Assembly: GCA_017452665.1 (NCBI GenBank)
Contig: JAFTLZ010000104.1
Coordinates: 1-44,984 of the forward strand
Length of the DNA: 44,984 nt
Reading direction: 5' to 3'
Source of the DNA: Clostridia bacterium
GTDB taxonomy: Bacteria; Bacillota; Clostridia; Oscillospirales; CAG-272
The notes beneath the pieces are model-generated. The model saw only the letters and a program-made list of their open reading frames with translations, ran no database searches and was not told the origin of the DNA. Made by a program: the position numbers and the translations under genes. Positions 18,241 through 27,437 of this stretch are shown one piece after another. The first letter of the stretch is position 1; each line of letters opens with the position of its first letter.

Positions 18241-18337
18241 AGGCAAGATAGATCGGCTTGAAACACTTTGCACCATATGTGCGTTGCAAGCACTGATTTA
18301 ATGAAAGACATATTTTTTTGTGAAGTGAAATCCCGCC

Positions 18338-18519
18338 CGTGTCATCCTGAGCGGAGCAAAATCACGTAGCGATTGCGAAGTCGAACTGCGAAGCAGTGCG
18401 AGGCATACGCCGAGCAGGATATCGGGCGAAAGTAGATGTATTTCCCCTCGTAGATCCCGATGCTACGCATCGTCCTACAGATTCGACTGCGGGCTTTGCC
18501 CTCCGCTCAGGATGACACG
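18338..18519. repeat. palindromic REP/MITE-like element with perfect 19-bp terminal inverted repeats
   Basis: CGTGTCATCCTGAGCGGAG (18338-18356) and CTCCGCTCAGGATGACACG (18501-18519); internal mini-hairpins; no ORF. Confidence 0.8.
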
Positions 18520-18636
18520 AGGGGAGAGCGAGCACGCCTTCTGGAAGGTAGCAAAAAAATTACTTGCCATAAGTGCCTTTGCGTTACTTTTGTCATTTGT
18601 TTTGCTGTCCTTAATTAAGTCTTGCGAAAACAAGGA

Positions 18637-18663
18637 ATAGTCACACGCTTTTGATCATAAGGT
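18637..18663 (+). promoter_or_regulatory. candidate sigma-E (mother-cell) promoter
   Basis: ATA-16 nt-CATAAGGT upstream of a SpoIVFB-like gene. Confidence 0.45.
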
Positions 18664-18692
18664 AAACCAAATTGGAAAAAGAGGGGACATTT

Positions 18693-19295
18693 ATGAGAAA
18701 ACGAAAGCTGAAGGTGCAACCGTTGGCGTTGTTGTTTTTGCTTTGGATGCTGATCTCGGATCGTAGCGGTGTTGGAGTGATGACCGTGTTGGCGGCGCTG
18801 TTGCACGAGAGTGGGCATATGCTTGCGGCAAAATGCCTTCATATTCCGTTGCGCCATTTGCGCATGGATCTGTTAGGCGCGCGGTTGGAGGTGTGCGGTC
18901 GGATGCTCTCCTACAGCGAGGAGTGGCTGCTCTGTGCGGCGGGACCGTTTTCCAGCTTGTGCTTTGCCGCACTGGCGTCACCGCTTTGGAAGATTTCTTC
19001 GCTTGCCATTGCATTTTCCTGCGCATCGGTGCTGTTGGGCGCACTGAATTTGTTACCGATCCGAACCTTTGACGGCGGCAGAATGCTGGAATGCTTTTTG
19101 TCGATGTTTAGCGGACCGCGCACGGTCCGCCGTGTGATGCTGTGCTGTTCGTTCATGTTTTTGTTCCTTTTGTGGGCGGTTGCTGTCTATTTTTTGTTGC
19201 GCGCCGGAGACGGACTTTCTCTTTTTTTCTTTTCTATGAGCCTTTTTTCACGCTTTTTTGAAAAGGAGGTCAAAACCGAATTCATTCTGTCTTGA
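18693..19295 (+). CDS. spoIVFB: M50 site-2 intramembrane metalloprotease, SpoIVFB-like
   Basis: HESGH zinc motif, AAGP, NLLPIRTFDGG; several TM helices; no CBS domain. Confidence 0.7.
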   Translation: MRKRKLKVQPLALLFLLWMLISDRSGVGVMTVLAALLHESGHMLAAKCLHIPLRHLRMDLLGARLEVCGRMLSYSEEWLLCAAGPFSSLCFAALASPLWKISSLAIAFSCASVLLGALNLLPIRTFDGGRMLECFLSMFSGPRTVRRVMLCCSFMFLFLLWAVAVYFLLRAGDGLSLFFFSMSLFSRFFEKEVKTEFILS

Positions 19296-19370
19296 AAAAC
19301 GGTTGTGGGTATTGTTTTTTTTTCAAAACTGTGCTATAATGAAGCAAAACGATACGCACGGAGGATTCCA

Positions 19371-19844
19371 ATGAAGCTTTACATCAAACAACACGTTTTT
19401 ACATGGGGCGACCGTTTTTCCATCTATGACGAAGCGGGAAACGAAAAATATTTTGTAGAGGGAGAAGTCTTTACGCTCGGCAAAAAGCTGCATTTGATGG
19501 ATCTTGTCGGAAATGAACTGGCTTTTATCTATCAAAAGCTGTTTTCCTTCTTGCCGCGCTACTATATCAACCGCAACGGACACGATCTTGCTGAGGTTGT
19601 TAAGCATTTTACTTTTTTCTCGCAGGAATATAGCGTTGAAGGGCTTGGATGGAGCGTCACGGGTGACTTTTTTGCTCACGATTACCAAATCGCGGGTGGT
19701 GGTTCTTTGATTGCAAGCGTATATAAGGAATGGTTCACTTGGGGAGATGCATATGCAATCGAGATCAATCCGGGCATTGATGAAATTGCAGTGCTTGCAG
19801 TTGTCCTGATCATTGATGCGGTGATTTCGGACAGCAACAACTGA
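19371..19844 (+). CDS. LURP-one-related / tubby C-terminal-like (YxjI-like) protein
   Basis: MKLYIKQHVFTWGDRFSIYD, GDFFAHDY, KEWFTWGDAY; GGAGG RBS. Confidence 0.85.
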   Translation: MKLYIKQHVFTWGDRFSIYDEAGNEKYFVEGEVFTLGKKLHLMDLVGNELAFIYQKLFSFLPRYYINRNGHDLAEVVKHFTFFSQEYSVEGLGWSVTGDFFAHDYQIAGGGSLIASVYKEWFTWGDAYAIEINPGIDEIAVLAVVLIIDAVISDSNN

Positions 19845-19873
19845 CGAAAACGGTGTAAGGAGAATTTTGCTCA

Positions 19874-20923
19874 ATGATTTTTGCAATTTGCATAAGCGTT
19901 CTGCTCCTTCTTTTTCTTGCCATCATGCTGATCACACATCAGTTGATCAAGCTACAGTTCGGGCGTGGTTCCTATCAAAAGCCGCCTACGTCTGCGCTTT
20001 TTTATAGGGATTATGAAGATCGGTATGAACGTAAACCCGTCTCCTTTTTCTCCGGTAAAAATCGCTTGCAGGGATATCTTTACGGGGAGGGAAACCGTAA
20101 GGGTGTGTTGGTATTTGCCCATGGAATCGGCGCGGGACATGAAAATTATATTGGTGAGATCCTTTGGATGGTTGATCACGGCTGGCAGGTGTTTGCTTAC
20201 GATGCAACAGGCTGCTGTGAGAGTGAGGGAAAGGGAAGCGTGGGATTGGTGCAATCCATGCTTGACTTGGATGCGGCGCTGACCCATATTGAGACAGATC
20301 CCGCTTTTGCAGGCTTGCCGATCGCTGTGATGGGACACAGTTGGGGTGGATATGCGGCTGCGGCAGTGCTGAACCTTGATCACAACATTACGGCGGCGGT
20401 CAGCATTTCCGGATATGCCAAACCGGTGGCAATGATGATGCGATACGCGCAAAAATATATGGGCTCTGCTATGGTGCTGATGTATCCCTTTGTGTGGTTG
20501 GATACACTTTTTACCTTTGGAAAAAACACCTTCCGCACGGCGGTAAAGGGCATCAATCGCGGGGATACTCCTGTTCTTTTGGTTCACGGGAGCGAGGATG
20601 AGCTGATTCCAATTCCCAAGCTTTCGGTGATAGGGCAGGTTGATAAAATCACAAATCCGAATGTCAAAACGCTTGTGATCGACGGCAAGGGGCAAACCGG
20701 ACACGGAACGGTTTTCCGGAATGCGGAAAGCCTTCCTTATATCGACCGCGTAAATGCCGAACATCAAATATTGTGCGAGAAATACGGCGGGAACGTTCCG
20801 GATGACGAGCTTGCAAAATGGGTGGATTCTCTTGACAAAAAAACGATCAACCGCCCCAACGATGCGCTGTTGAATGAAATTTTGCGCTTTTTAACCGACG
20901 CGCGGGAGCGTAAAACCGATTAA
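19874..20923 (+). CDS. membrane-anchored alpha/beta-hydrolase
   Basis: N-terminal TM helix, AHGIG oxyanion motif, GHSWGG nucleophile, HGSEDE, C-terminal GH. Confidence 0.85.
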   Translation: MIFAICISVLLLLFLAIMLITHQLIKLQFGRGSYQKPPTSALFYRDYEDRYERKPVSFFSGKNRLQGYLYGEGNRKGVLVFAHGIGAGHENYIGEILWMVDHGWQVFAYDATGCCESEGKGSVGLVQSMLDLDAALTHIETDPAFAGLPIAVMGHSWGGYAAAAVLNLDHNITAAVSISGYAKPVAMMMRYAQKYMGSAMVLMYPFVWLDTLFTFGKNTFRTAVKGINRGDTPVLLVHGSEDELIPIPKLSVIGQVDKITNPNVKTLVIDGKGQTGHGTVFRNAESLPYIDRVNAEHQILCEKYGGNVPDDELAKWVDSLDKKTINRPNDALLNEILRFLTDARERKTD

Positions 20924-20940
20924 ATAAATTTCGCTTGCTT

Positions 20941-20980
20941 ATCCTCATGTTGGGCGTCTCTGCAAAACATGAGGATTTTT
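20941..20980 (+). terminator. intrinsic terminator
   Basis: ATCCTCATGTT...AACATGAGGAT followed by TTTT. Confidence 0.7.
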
Positions 20981-21109
20981 GCGCTTTTTAGAGGAAAATC
21001 AAGCATTTGAAAGATATTTGCAAACTAACTTCCTCTCTTTTGATTTGAACCCGAATCTTTGCGAATAATGAAGAATTTTGAAATATTTTGAATTATTTTC
21101 AGAAACCTA

Positions 21110-21138
21110 TTGCAATTTTGTCAGGATTCTGTTACAAT
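21110..21138 (+). promoter_or_regulatory. sigma-A promoter of the pot operon
   Basis: TTGCAA-17 nt-TACAAT with extended TG. Confidence 0.65.
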
Positions 21139-21288
21139 ATAGACTGTAGTTTATGGTCAGAGTGCCGGAGATACGTTTTTTTCAAAAAAATCAGCCGTTT
21201 GAAGATCTCGTTCCGGCAGCGGACACGTGTCCGTTTTGTTCCATGAATATTTTTTTATCTTTGATTTGTAAAGGAGTATTTATGCGGA

Positions 21289-22416
21289 ATGAACAAAGAA
21301 GTGCTAATCCGGCTGAACGGTATCTCCAAGTCCTTTGACGGGGAGTCCGTTCTCGATCGCATCAATCTGGAAATCCACGACAAAGAATTTATCACCCTGC
21401 TCGGTCCCTCCGGCTGCGGAAAAACGACAACCCTGCGCATCATCGGCGGCTTTGAAACGCCGGATGAGGGAGATGTCTTTTTTGACGGAAAACGGATCAA
21501 CGACATCCCCCCGTATCAAAGGCAGGTCAATACGGTTTTTCAGAGATATGCATTGTTTCCTCACTTAAATGTGTTTGACAACATCGCATTCGGTCTTCGA
21601 ATTCAAAAACGCTCTGATCAGGAAATCAAAACCAAGGTGAAGGAAATGCTGGCAATGGTCAACCTCAAGGGCTTTGAGCGCCGTCGAGTCAATACGCTCT
21701 CCGGTGGACAGCAGCAGCGTGTTGCCATTGCGCGCGCATTGATCAATCAACCCAAAGTGCTGCTTCTTGACGAGCCTTTGGCAGCTTTGGATCTCAAGCT
21801 CCGCAAGGATATGCAAAACGAGCTGAAAAATATTCAGCATCAAACCGGTATCACCTTTATTTACGTTACCCACGACCAGGAAGAGGCACTTTCAATGTCG
21901 GATACGGTGGTGGTGATGGCGCACGGACAGATTCAGCAGATCGGTACACCCACCGATATTTACAACGAGCCGGTAAACGCCTTTGTTGCCGATTTTATCG
22001 GAGAATCCAACATTGTGGACGGTACGATGCCCGAGGATTACCGCGCCAGATTTGCGGGGCACACCTTTGAGTGCGTGGATTATGGCTTTGCCAAAAACGA
22101 GCCGGTAGACGTGGTCATCCGCCCTGAGGACGTGGACGTTGTTCCTCCCGAAAAAGGAATGCTGAAGGGACTTGTCACCGGTGTGACCTTCAAGGGCGTG
22201 CATTACGAGATCATCGTGGACGTTAAGGGCTTTAAGTGGATGATTCAGAGTACCGATTTTGTTGCAGAGGGCGAGACCATCGGTCTTTCCATCGACCCCG
22301 ATGCGATTCATATCATGAAAAAGTCCGAATTTTCGGGTATGTTCGGAGATTACTCCTCCTTCAGCGATGAGCTGGAAAAGCTTTCCGATGTTACGGAGGA
22401 AATAGAAGAGGAATGA
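21289..22416 (+). CDS. potA: spermidine/putrescine ABC transporter ATPase
   Basis: [45 protein letters not shown]-terminal TOBE. Confidence 0.95.
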   Translation: MNKEVLIRLNGISKSFDGESVLDRINLEIHDKEFITLLGPSGCGKTTTLRIIGGFETPDEGDVFFDGKRINDIPPYQRQVNTVFQRYALFPHLNVFDNIAFGLRIQKRSDQEIKTKVKEMLAMVNLKGFERRRVNTLSGGQQQRVAIARALINQPKVLLLDEPLAALDLKLRKDMQNELKNIQHQTGITFIYVTHDQEEALSMSDTVVVMAHGQIQQIGTPTDIYNEPVNAFVADFIGESNIVDGTMPEDYRARFAGHTFECVDYGFAKNEPVDVVIRPEDVDVVPPEKGMLKGLVTGVTFKGVHYEIIVDVKGFKWMIQSTDFVAEGETIGLSIDPDAIHIMKKSEFSGMFGDYSSFSDELEKLSDVTEEIEEE

Positions 22417-23237
22417 AAAAGAAACACTCTTTGTTCGAGCGATTTGCCGCCGCTCCGTATGTCGTATGGTCGGCTTTGTTTATCATCGGTCCGTTGCTTT
22501 TTGTAGCGTATTTTGCATTCACGGACCGAAGCGGCAATTTTACCTTTGAGAATATCATGTCGCTCTCCTCTTATTCTCAAACCTTTGTCATGTCCCTGGG
22601 CTTTTCTTTGATCGCAACGGCAATCTGCCTTTTGATCGGATATCCGCTGGCATATGCCATGTCCCGCACCTCCGAGCGATCCCGCAAGATCCTGACCGTG
22701 CTGTTGATGCTGCCGATGTGGATCAGCCTTTTGATCCGCACCTACTCTTTGATGGCACTGTTGGACAACGGAGGATTGATCAGTACCTTCCTGACCTCCC
22801 TCGGTTTTCAAAAGCTGACCTTTATTGGAACCGACGGTGCGGTAATCCTTGGTATGATTTACTAATTTTTGACTTACATGGTATTGCCAATCTATACCTC
22901 CATGACCAAGCTGGATAATCGCTATTTAGAGGCATCGGCAGATTTGGGCTGCAACAGCCGAAAAACGTTGACCCAGGTCATTCTTCCGCTCACTATGCCG
23001 GGTGTGATTTCGGGGGTGACGATGGTGTTTGTACCCTCTATCAGTACGTTCTATATTTCCCAAAAGCTGGGCGGCGGTTCCTTTGATTTGCTTGGTGACA
23101 CAATCGAGCGCCAGTTCCAGAATGCGGTGACTTATCACACGGGTGCGGCAATCTCGCTTGTGATGATGATTATGATTCTGATCTCCCTTGCGATCATGAA
23201 TAAATTTTCGGATAGTGGGGAGGATATCATCGTATGA
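22413..23237 (+). pseudogene. potB: spermidine/putrescine ABC permease interrupted by one in-frame TAA (22863-22865); pseudogene or base-calling error
   Basis: the two ORF fragments are in the same frame and read GMIY*FLTYMVLPIY; EASADLG motif in the second half; ATGA overlap with potA. Confidence 0.8.
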
Positions 23238-24064
23238 AATTTTTGTCAAGATTTTACATCGGATTGATCTTTTTGATTCTCTACGCGCCAATTTTGGTTG
23301 TGGTGTTGTTTTCCTTTAACGAGTCCGGCAGCTTGAGTCATTTTTCTGGCTTTTCGCTGTATTGGTATCAGGATCTGTTCCGCAACAGTGAGGCGCTGAC
23401 CGCATTGAAGAACTCTTTGCTGTTGGCGGTGACCTCCTCTTTGCTGGCAACCCTGATCGGTACCTTTGCGGCGTTCAGCATTGCGCGCTCCAAAAGCAAA
23501 TATTATCAGCGCACGATGGAAACGGTATCCAATATCCCCATGATGAACCCGGATATCGTCACCGGCGTGTCGATGATGCTTTTGTTTGTTGGCGTTGCCA
23601 CGATGCTGAATTTGAGCAATTCCTTGGGCTTTTGGACGATGCTGATCGCGCACACGACCTTCAATCTTCCGTATGTCATCTTGTCCGTTTTGCCGAAGTT
23701 CCGTCAGATGGACAAAAATTTGACCGAAGCAGCACTGGATCTGGGATGCACACCCGTGCAGACCTTTTTCCGCGTGGAGCTTCCCGGTATTATGCCCGGT
23801 GTGGTTTCTGGCTTGATGATGAGCTTTACGCTGTCGCTGGACGATTTCGTAATCAGCCATTTCGTCAGCTCGCCCGATTTCAAAACTCTGCCGCTCTACA
23901 TTTATACGCAGACCGCGCACGAGGTCAAATTCAGTATGTACGCGCTTTGTACCTTGCTGATCGTGGCGATCCTGATCCTCTTGATCGCAGTGAACGTGGC
24001 AGGCTCGATGGGTGAGCATCACGCGCGCAAAAAGCATTTGAAAAATTTGGCAGGGGGAAAATAA
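23234..24064 (+). CDS. potC: spermidine/putrescine ABC permease
   Basis: LYAPILVVVLFSFN, NPDIVTG, EAALDLG, FTLSLDDF. Confidence 0.94.
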   Translation: MKFLSRFYIGLIFLILYAPILVVVLFSFNESGSLSHFSGFSLYWYQDLFRNSEALTALKNSLLLAVTSSLLATLIGTFAAFSIARSKSKYYQRTMETVSNIPMMNPDIVTGVSMMLLFVGVATMLNLSNSLGFWTMLIAHTTFNLPYVILSVLPKFRQMDKNLTEAALDLGCTPVQTFFRVELPGIMPGVVSGLMMSFTLSLDDFVISHFVSSPDFKTLPLYIYTQTAHEVKFSMYALCTLLIVAILILLIAVNVAGSMGEHHARKKHLKNLAGGK

Positions 24065-24065
24065 T

Positions 24066-25307
24066 ATGAAGAAAAAGCTTTATTGGTCTCTGATCTGCCT
24101 TGCTTTGCTTGCCGCAACCTGCATCGTACTTTCTGCCTGCAGCGAAGAGAAGGTCGAAACGCTCTACGTGTATAACTGGGGCGAATATATCTCCGACGGC
24201 TCCGACGGTTCTCTTGACGTCAACGCCGCGTTTGAGGAATACTGCCGCGACGTACTGGGTAAAAATGTTAAGGTCAATTATTCCACTTATTCTAGCAACG
24301 AGAGTATGTATGCCAAGCTTAGCAGTGGTTCTGCGAGCTATGATGTCATCATCCCCTCGGACTATATGATCGAGCGCATGGTGAAGGAGGATATGCTCCT
24401 GCCGCTGAATCTTGATCTTATTGAGAATTATCAGTACGTTTCGGATGAATTCAAAGGCGAAAACGTCTATTATGAAGGTGATTCGGACGAAATTTATTCA
24501 GTGCCGTATTTTTACGGGATGATCGGTGTGATCTACAACACCTCCATCGTCTCCGAGGATGACGAACAGTTGGGAAGCTGGGAGCTGATGTGGGATACGG
24601 ACTACGAGGGCGATATCCTGCAGTTCAACAACAGCCGCGATGCCTTTGGAACGGCGCTCTATTTGCTTGGATACAGCGTCAACGACGAGACCGAAGCCAA
24701 CTGGCGAGAGGCGCTGGATAAGCTCCTGGAGCAAAAAAATATCGTGCAGGGCTATGTCATGGACGAAATTTTTAATAAAATGAAGAGCGGTTCTGCCGCG
24801 GTTGCTGCATACTATGCCGGGGATTATCTTTCGATGTACGAGGATAATGCGGATTTGTCCTTCTATTACCCCAGCGAGGGAACCAATCTTTATGTGGATG
24901 CAATGTGCGTACCAAAGAATTCTCAAAATCCCGAGCTTGCCATGGAGTACATCAACTTCATGTGCTCGGAGGAGATCGCCGTTGAAAATGCGCTGTATAC
25001 TTACTATGCATCTCCTTTGACTACCGTGATCAACAATGCGGATTATCAGGAGTGTATGGCAGAGGTACATGAGGATGCAATGGAGATCCTTTACGGCGAA
25101 ATGGCGCACACGGTCAAGCACGAGGCGTACCTTAACCTTTCTCCCGAAGGTCTTACCATGCTCAACGGGTTATGGGAGGAGTTTAAGGTTGAAAGCAGCA
25201 TCGGAACGGGAATTTACATCGGATGCGGGATCATCCTCGGCTCGCTTGCCGTAGTGGCTGTTTACCAAATCGTCAAAAAACGCCGCTGGGCGAAATTGTA
25301 CGATTGA
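24066..25307 (+). CDS. potD: spermidine/putrescine-binding lipoprotein with extra C-terminal TM anchor
   Basis: lipobox LSAC, YNWGEYI, YDVIIPSDYM, EGTNLYVD; C-terminal hydrophobic helix plus KKRR. Confidence 0.92.
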   Translation: MKKKLYWSLICLALLAATCIVLSACSEEKVETLYVYNWGEYISDGSDGSLDVNAAFEEYCRDVLGKNVKVNYSTYSSNESMYAKLSSGSASYDVIIPSDYMIERMVKEDMLLPLNLDLIENYQYVSDEFKGENVYYEGDSDEIYSVPYFYGMIGVIYNTSIVSEDDEQLGSWELMWDTDYEGDILQFNNSRDAFGTALYLLGYSVNDETEANWREALDKLLEQKNIVQGYVMDEIFNKMKSGSAAVAAYYAGDYLSMYEDNADLSFYYPSEGTNLYVDAMCVPKNSQNPELAMEYINFMCSEEIAVENALYTYYASPLTTVINNADYQECMAEVHEDAMEILYGEMAHTVKHEAYLNLSPEGLTMLNGLWEEFKVESSIGTGIYIGCGIILGSLAVVAVYQIVKKRRWAKLYD

Positions 25308-25340
25308 ATCATTTTAAATTTAGGAAGAAGGAATTTATCA

Positions 25341-26384
25341 ATGACGAAAATTGATATCTTTTCCGGCTTTTTGGGTGCCGGAAAAACGACGCTGATCAAA
25401 AAACTGTTAAAGGACGGATACGCCGGAGAAAAGCTGGTGCTGATTGAAAACGAGTTTGGTGAGATCGGCATCGACGGTGGATTTATGCAGGACGCCGGCA
25501 TTGAAGTTACCGAAATGAATAGCGGCTGTATTTGCTGCTCTTTGGTGGGAGACTTTGGTGAGGCGTTGAAAAAGGTGCTGGCAGAGTATGCACCGGATCG
25601 TATTCTGATCGAGCCGTCCGGTGTGGGGAAGCTGTCTGACATCATCCGTGCAGTCCAAAACGTAGCTGCAGACGGTGTGGTTCTCAACGGATTTACCACA
25701 GTTGCCGACGTGAAAAAATGCAAAATGTATATGAAAAACTTTGGCGAGTTTTTCAACGATCAGATTGAAAACGCCGGTTGCATTGTGCTTTCTCATACGC
25801 AGAGCGCAAGCGACGAAAAAATTGCCGAAACGATTGCACTGTTGCGCGAAAAAAATCCAACTGCTACGATCGTAACCACCCCGTGGGATCAGCTTGAGGG
25901 CAAGCAGCTCTTGGCGGCTATGGAGCGCCGCGATACCATTGAAGAGGAGCTTGCACGCCTGGCGGAAATGGTACACGATGAAGACGAGTGTGACGATCCC
26001 GATTGCTGTTGCCATCATCACGATGATCACGATGATCACGATCATGATGAACATCACCACCATCATCATGACCACGGACATCATCACCATCATCATGCAG
26101 ACGAGGTGTTCGTCAGCTGTGGCGCAGAAACCACCAAGAGCTTTGATGAGACAGAATTGCAGCAGATTCTGGATGCACTGTCCGACGAGGCAACCTACGG
26201 AACGGTTTTGCGCGCAAAGGGCATCTTAAAGGGAAGCGGCGAGACGTGGATTCATTTTGACTACGTTCCGGGAGAGGGCGATATCCGCCACGGCTCTGCG
26301 GGAATCATCGGCAGACTTTGCGTCATCGGCTCCAAGCTGAACCTCAAGGCGCTGTCCGAGCTGTTCGGTACCACTTTGAAATAA
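25341..26384 (+). CDS. COG0523/CobW-family metallochaperone GTPase with His-rich insert
   Basis: GFLGAGKTT, ENEFGEIGID, GCICC, IEPSGV, His/Asp-rich linker, CobW C-terminal (LRAKG). Confidence 0.92.
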   Translation: MTKIDIFSGFLGAGKTTLIKKLLKDGYAGEKLVLIENEFGEIGIDGGFMQDAGIEVTEMNSGCICCSLVGDFGEALKKVLAEYAPDRILIEPSGVGKLSDIIRAVQNVAADGVVLNGFTTVADVKKCKMYMKNFGEFFNDQIENAGCIVLSHTQSASDEKIAETIALLREKNPTATIVTTPWDQLEGKQLLAAMERRDTIEEELARLAEMVHDEDECDDPDCCCHHHDDHDDHDHDEHHHHHHDHGHHHHHHADEVFVSCGAETTKSFDETELQQILDALSDEATYGTVLRAKGILKGSGETWIHFDYVPGEGDIRHGSAGIIGRLCVIGSKLNLKALSELFGTTLK

Positions 26385-26396
26385 GGGGGCGTTATC

Positions 26397-27344
26397 ATGG
26401 CATCCAAGCTCCCCGTATACCTCTTTACCGGCTTTTTGGAGGGCGGCAAAACGCACATCATCCAGGAATCCATGGAGGATCAAAAGTTCAATTCCGGCGA
26501 AAAAACGCTGATCCTGCAGTGCGAAGAGGGAATTGATGAGTTCGATTTTTCCCGTTTTTACGGAAAAAACGTCTATTTGGAAACGGTTGAAAACGAGAGC
26601 GATATCAACAAGGAAAATCTGACCGCAATCGGCAAAAAGCACCGTCTCGACCGCGTGATCATCGAATACAACGGTATGTGGTCGTTGAATACGCTGTACG
26701 AAAATCTGCCCGACCAATGGGCGATCTATCAGGAGATGATGTTTGCCGACGCCAACACCTTTCTTTCCTACAATGCCAATATGCGCCAGTTGATGGTGGA
26801 TAAGCTGCTCAACGCCGAAATGGTGGTGCTTAACCGTACGCCCGAGCAGATTGACAAAGAGGAAATTCACAAGGTCGTTCGCGGTATTTCCCGCCGCACG
26901 GCAATTACCTACGACTATCCGGACGGACACGTGGAATACGACGATATCGAGGATCCGTTGCCCTTTGATCTGAACGCTCCGATTGTCAATATCGAGGACA
27001 ACGACTACGCAGTGTTCTACCGCGATCTTTCCAAGGATATGGAAAAATACAACGGTAAAACCGTGCGGTTCAAAGGAATTGTTGCACGCGACGCCTCCAT
27101 CGGAAACAACGGTTTTCTGGCAGGCAGACACGTGATGACCTGCTGTGCGGATGACATTGCCTACAATCCGCTGGTGTGCGTGTTCTCCGAAAAGACCGCG
27201 CTCAAAACCCGCGATTGGGTGGTTTTGACCGGCTCTATCAAGCTGGAAAAGCATAAGCTGTATCGCGGAATCGGTCCCGTGCTTTACGTTACGAAAACAG
27301 AATTTGCCGTTCCTCCGGTGCAAGAGGTTGCAACTTTTTATTAA
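26397..27344 (+). CDS. CobW-like N-terminal domain fused to a TIGR03943/DUF1980-like C-terminal domain
   Basis: GFLEGGKT, CEEG, IIEYNGMW; C-terminal GRHVMTCCADDI. Confidence 0.75.
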   Translation: MASKLPVYLFTGFLEGGKTHIIQESMEDQKFNSGEKTLILQCEEGIDEFDFSRFYGKNVYLETVENESDINKENLTAIGKKHRLDRVIIEYNGMWSLNTLYENLPDQWAIYQEMMFADANTFLSYNANMRQLMVDKLLNAEMVVLNRTPEQIDKEEIHKVVRGISRRTAITYDYPDGHVEYDDIEDPLPFDLNAPIVNIEDNDYAVFYRDLSKDMEKYNGKTVRFKGIVARDASIGNNGFLAGRHVMTCCADDIAYNPLVCVFSEKTALKTRDWVVLTGSIKLEKHKLYRGIGPVLYVTKTEFAVPPVQEVATFY

Positions 27345-27392
27345 AAAGAACACGGTATCATTTGAAATCTTTCGGTGATACCGTGTTCTTTT
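27344..27392. terminator. intrinsic terminator
   Basis: AAAAAGAACACGGTATCA...TGATACCGTGTTCTTTTT. Confidence 0.88.
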
Positions 27393-27437
27393 GGTGCTTT
27401 TGGGGCATACTGATCAAAAAACATTGGAGGGGTGCAT

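Noticed and set aside
22863-22865. Selenocysteine/pyrrolysine recoding or an alternative genetic code in potB
   Set aside because: The codon is TAA, not TGA or TAG, and TAA ends many genes in this window.
26010-26100. CATCAC/GATCAC tandem repeats as a DNA repeat element
   Set aside because: Explained by the His/Asp-rich linker of the COG0523 protein.
26226-27353. 375-aa minus-strand ORF
   Set aside because: Shadow of the CobW-related gene.
27393-27412. Forespore sigma-F/G promoter for DUF421 (GGGCATACT)
   Set aside because: A plausible -10, but I could not place a matching -35 at proper spacing.
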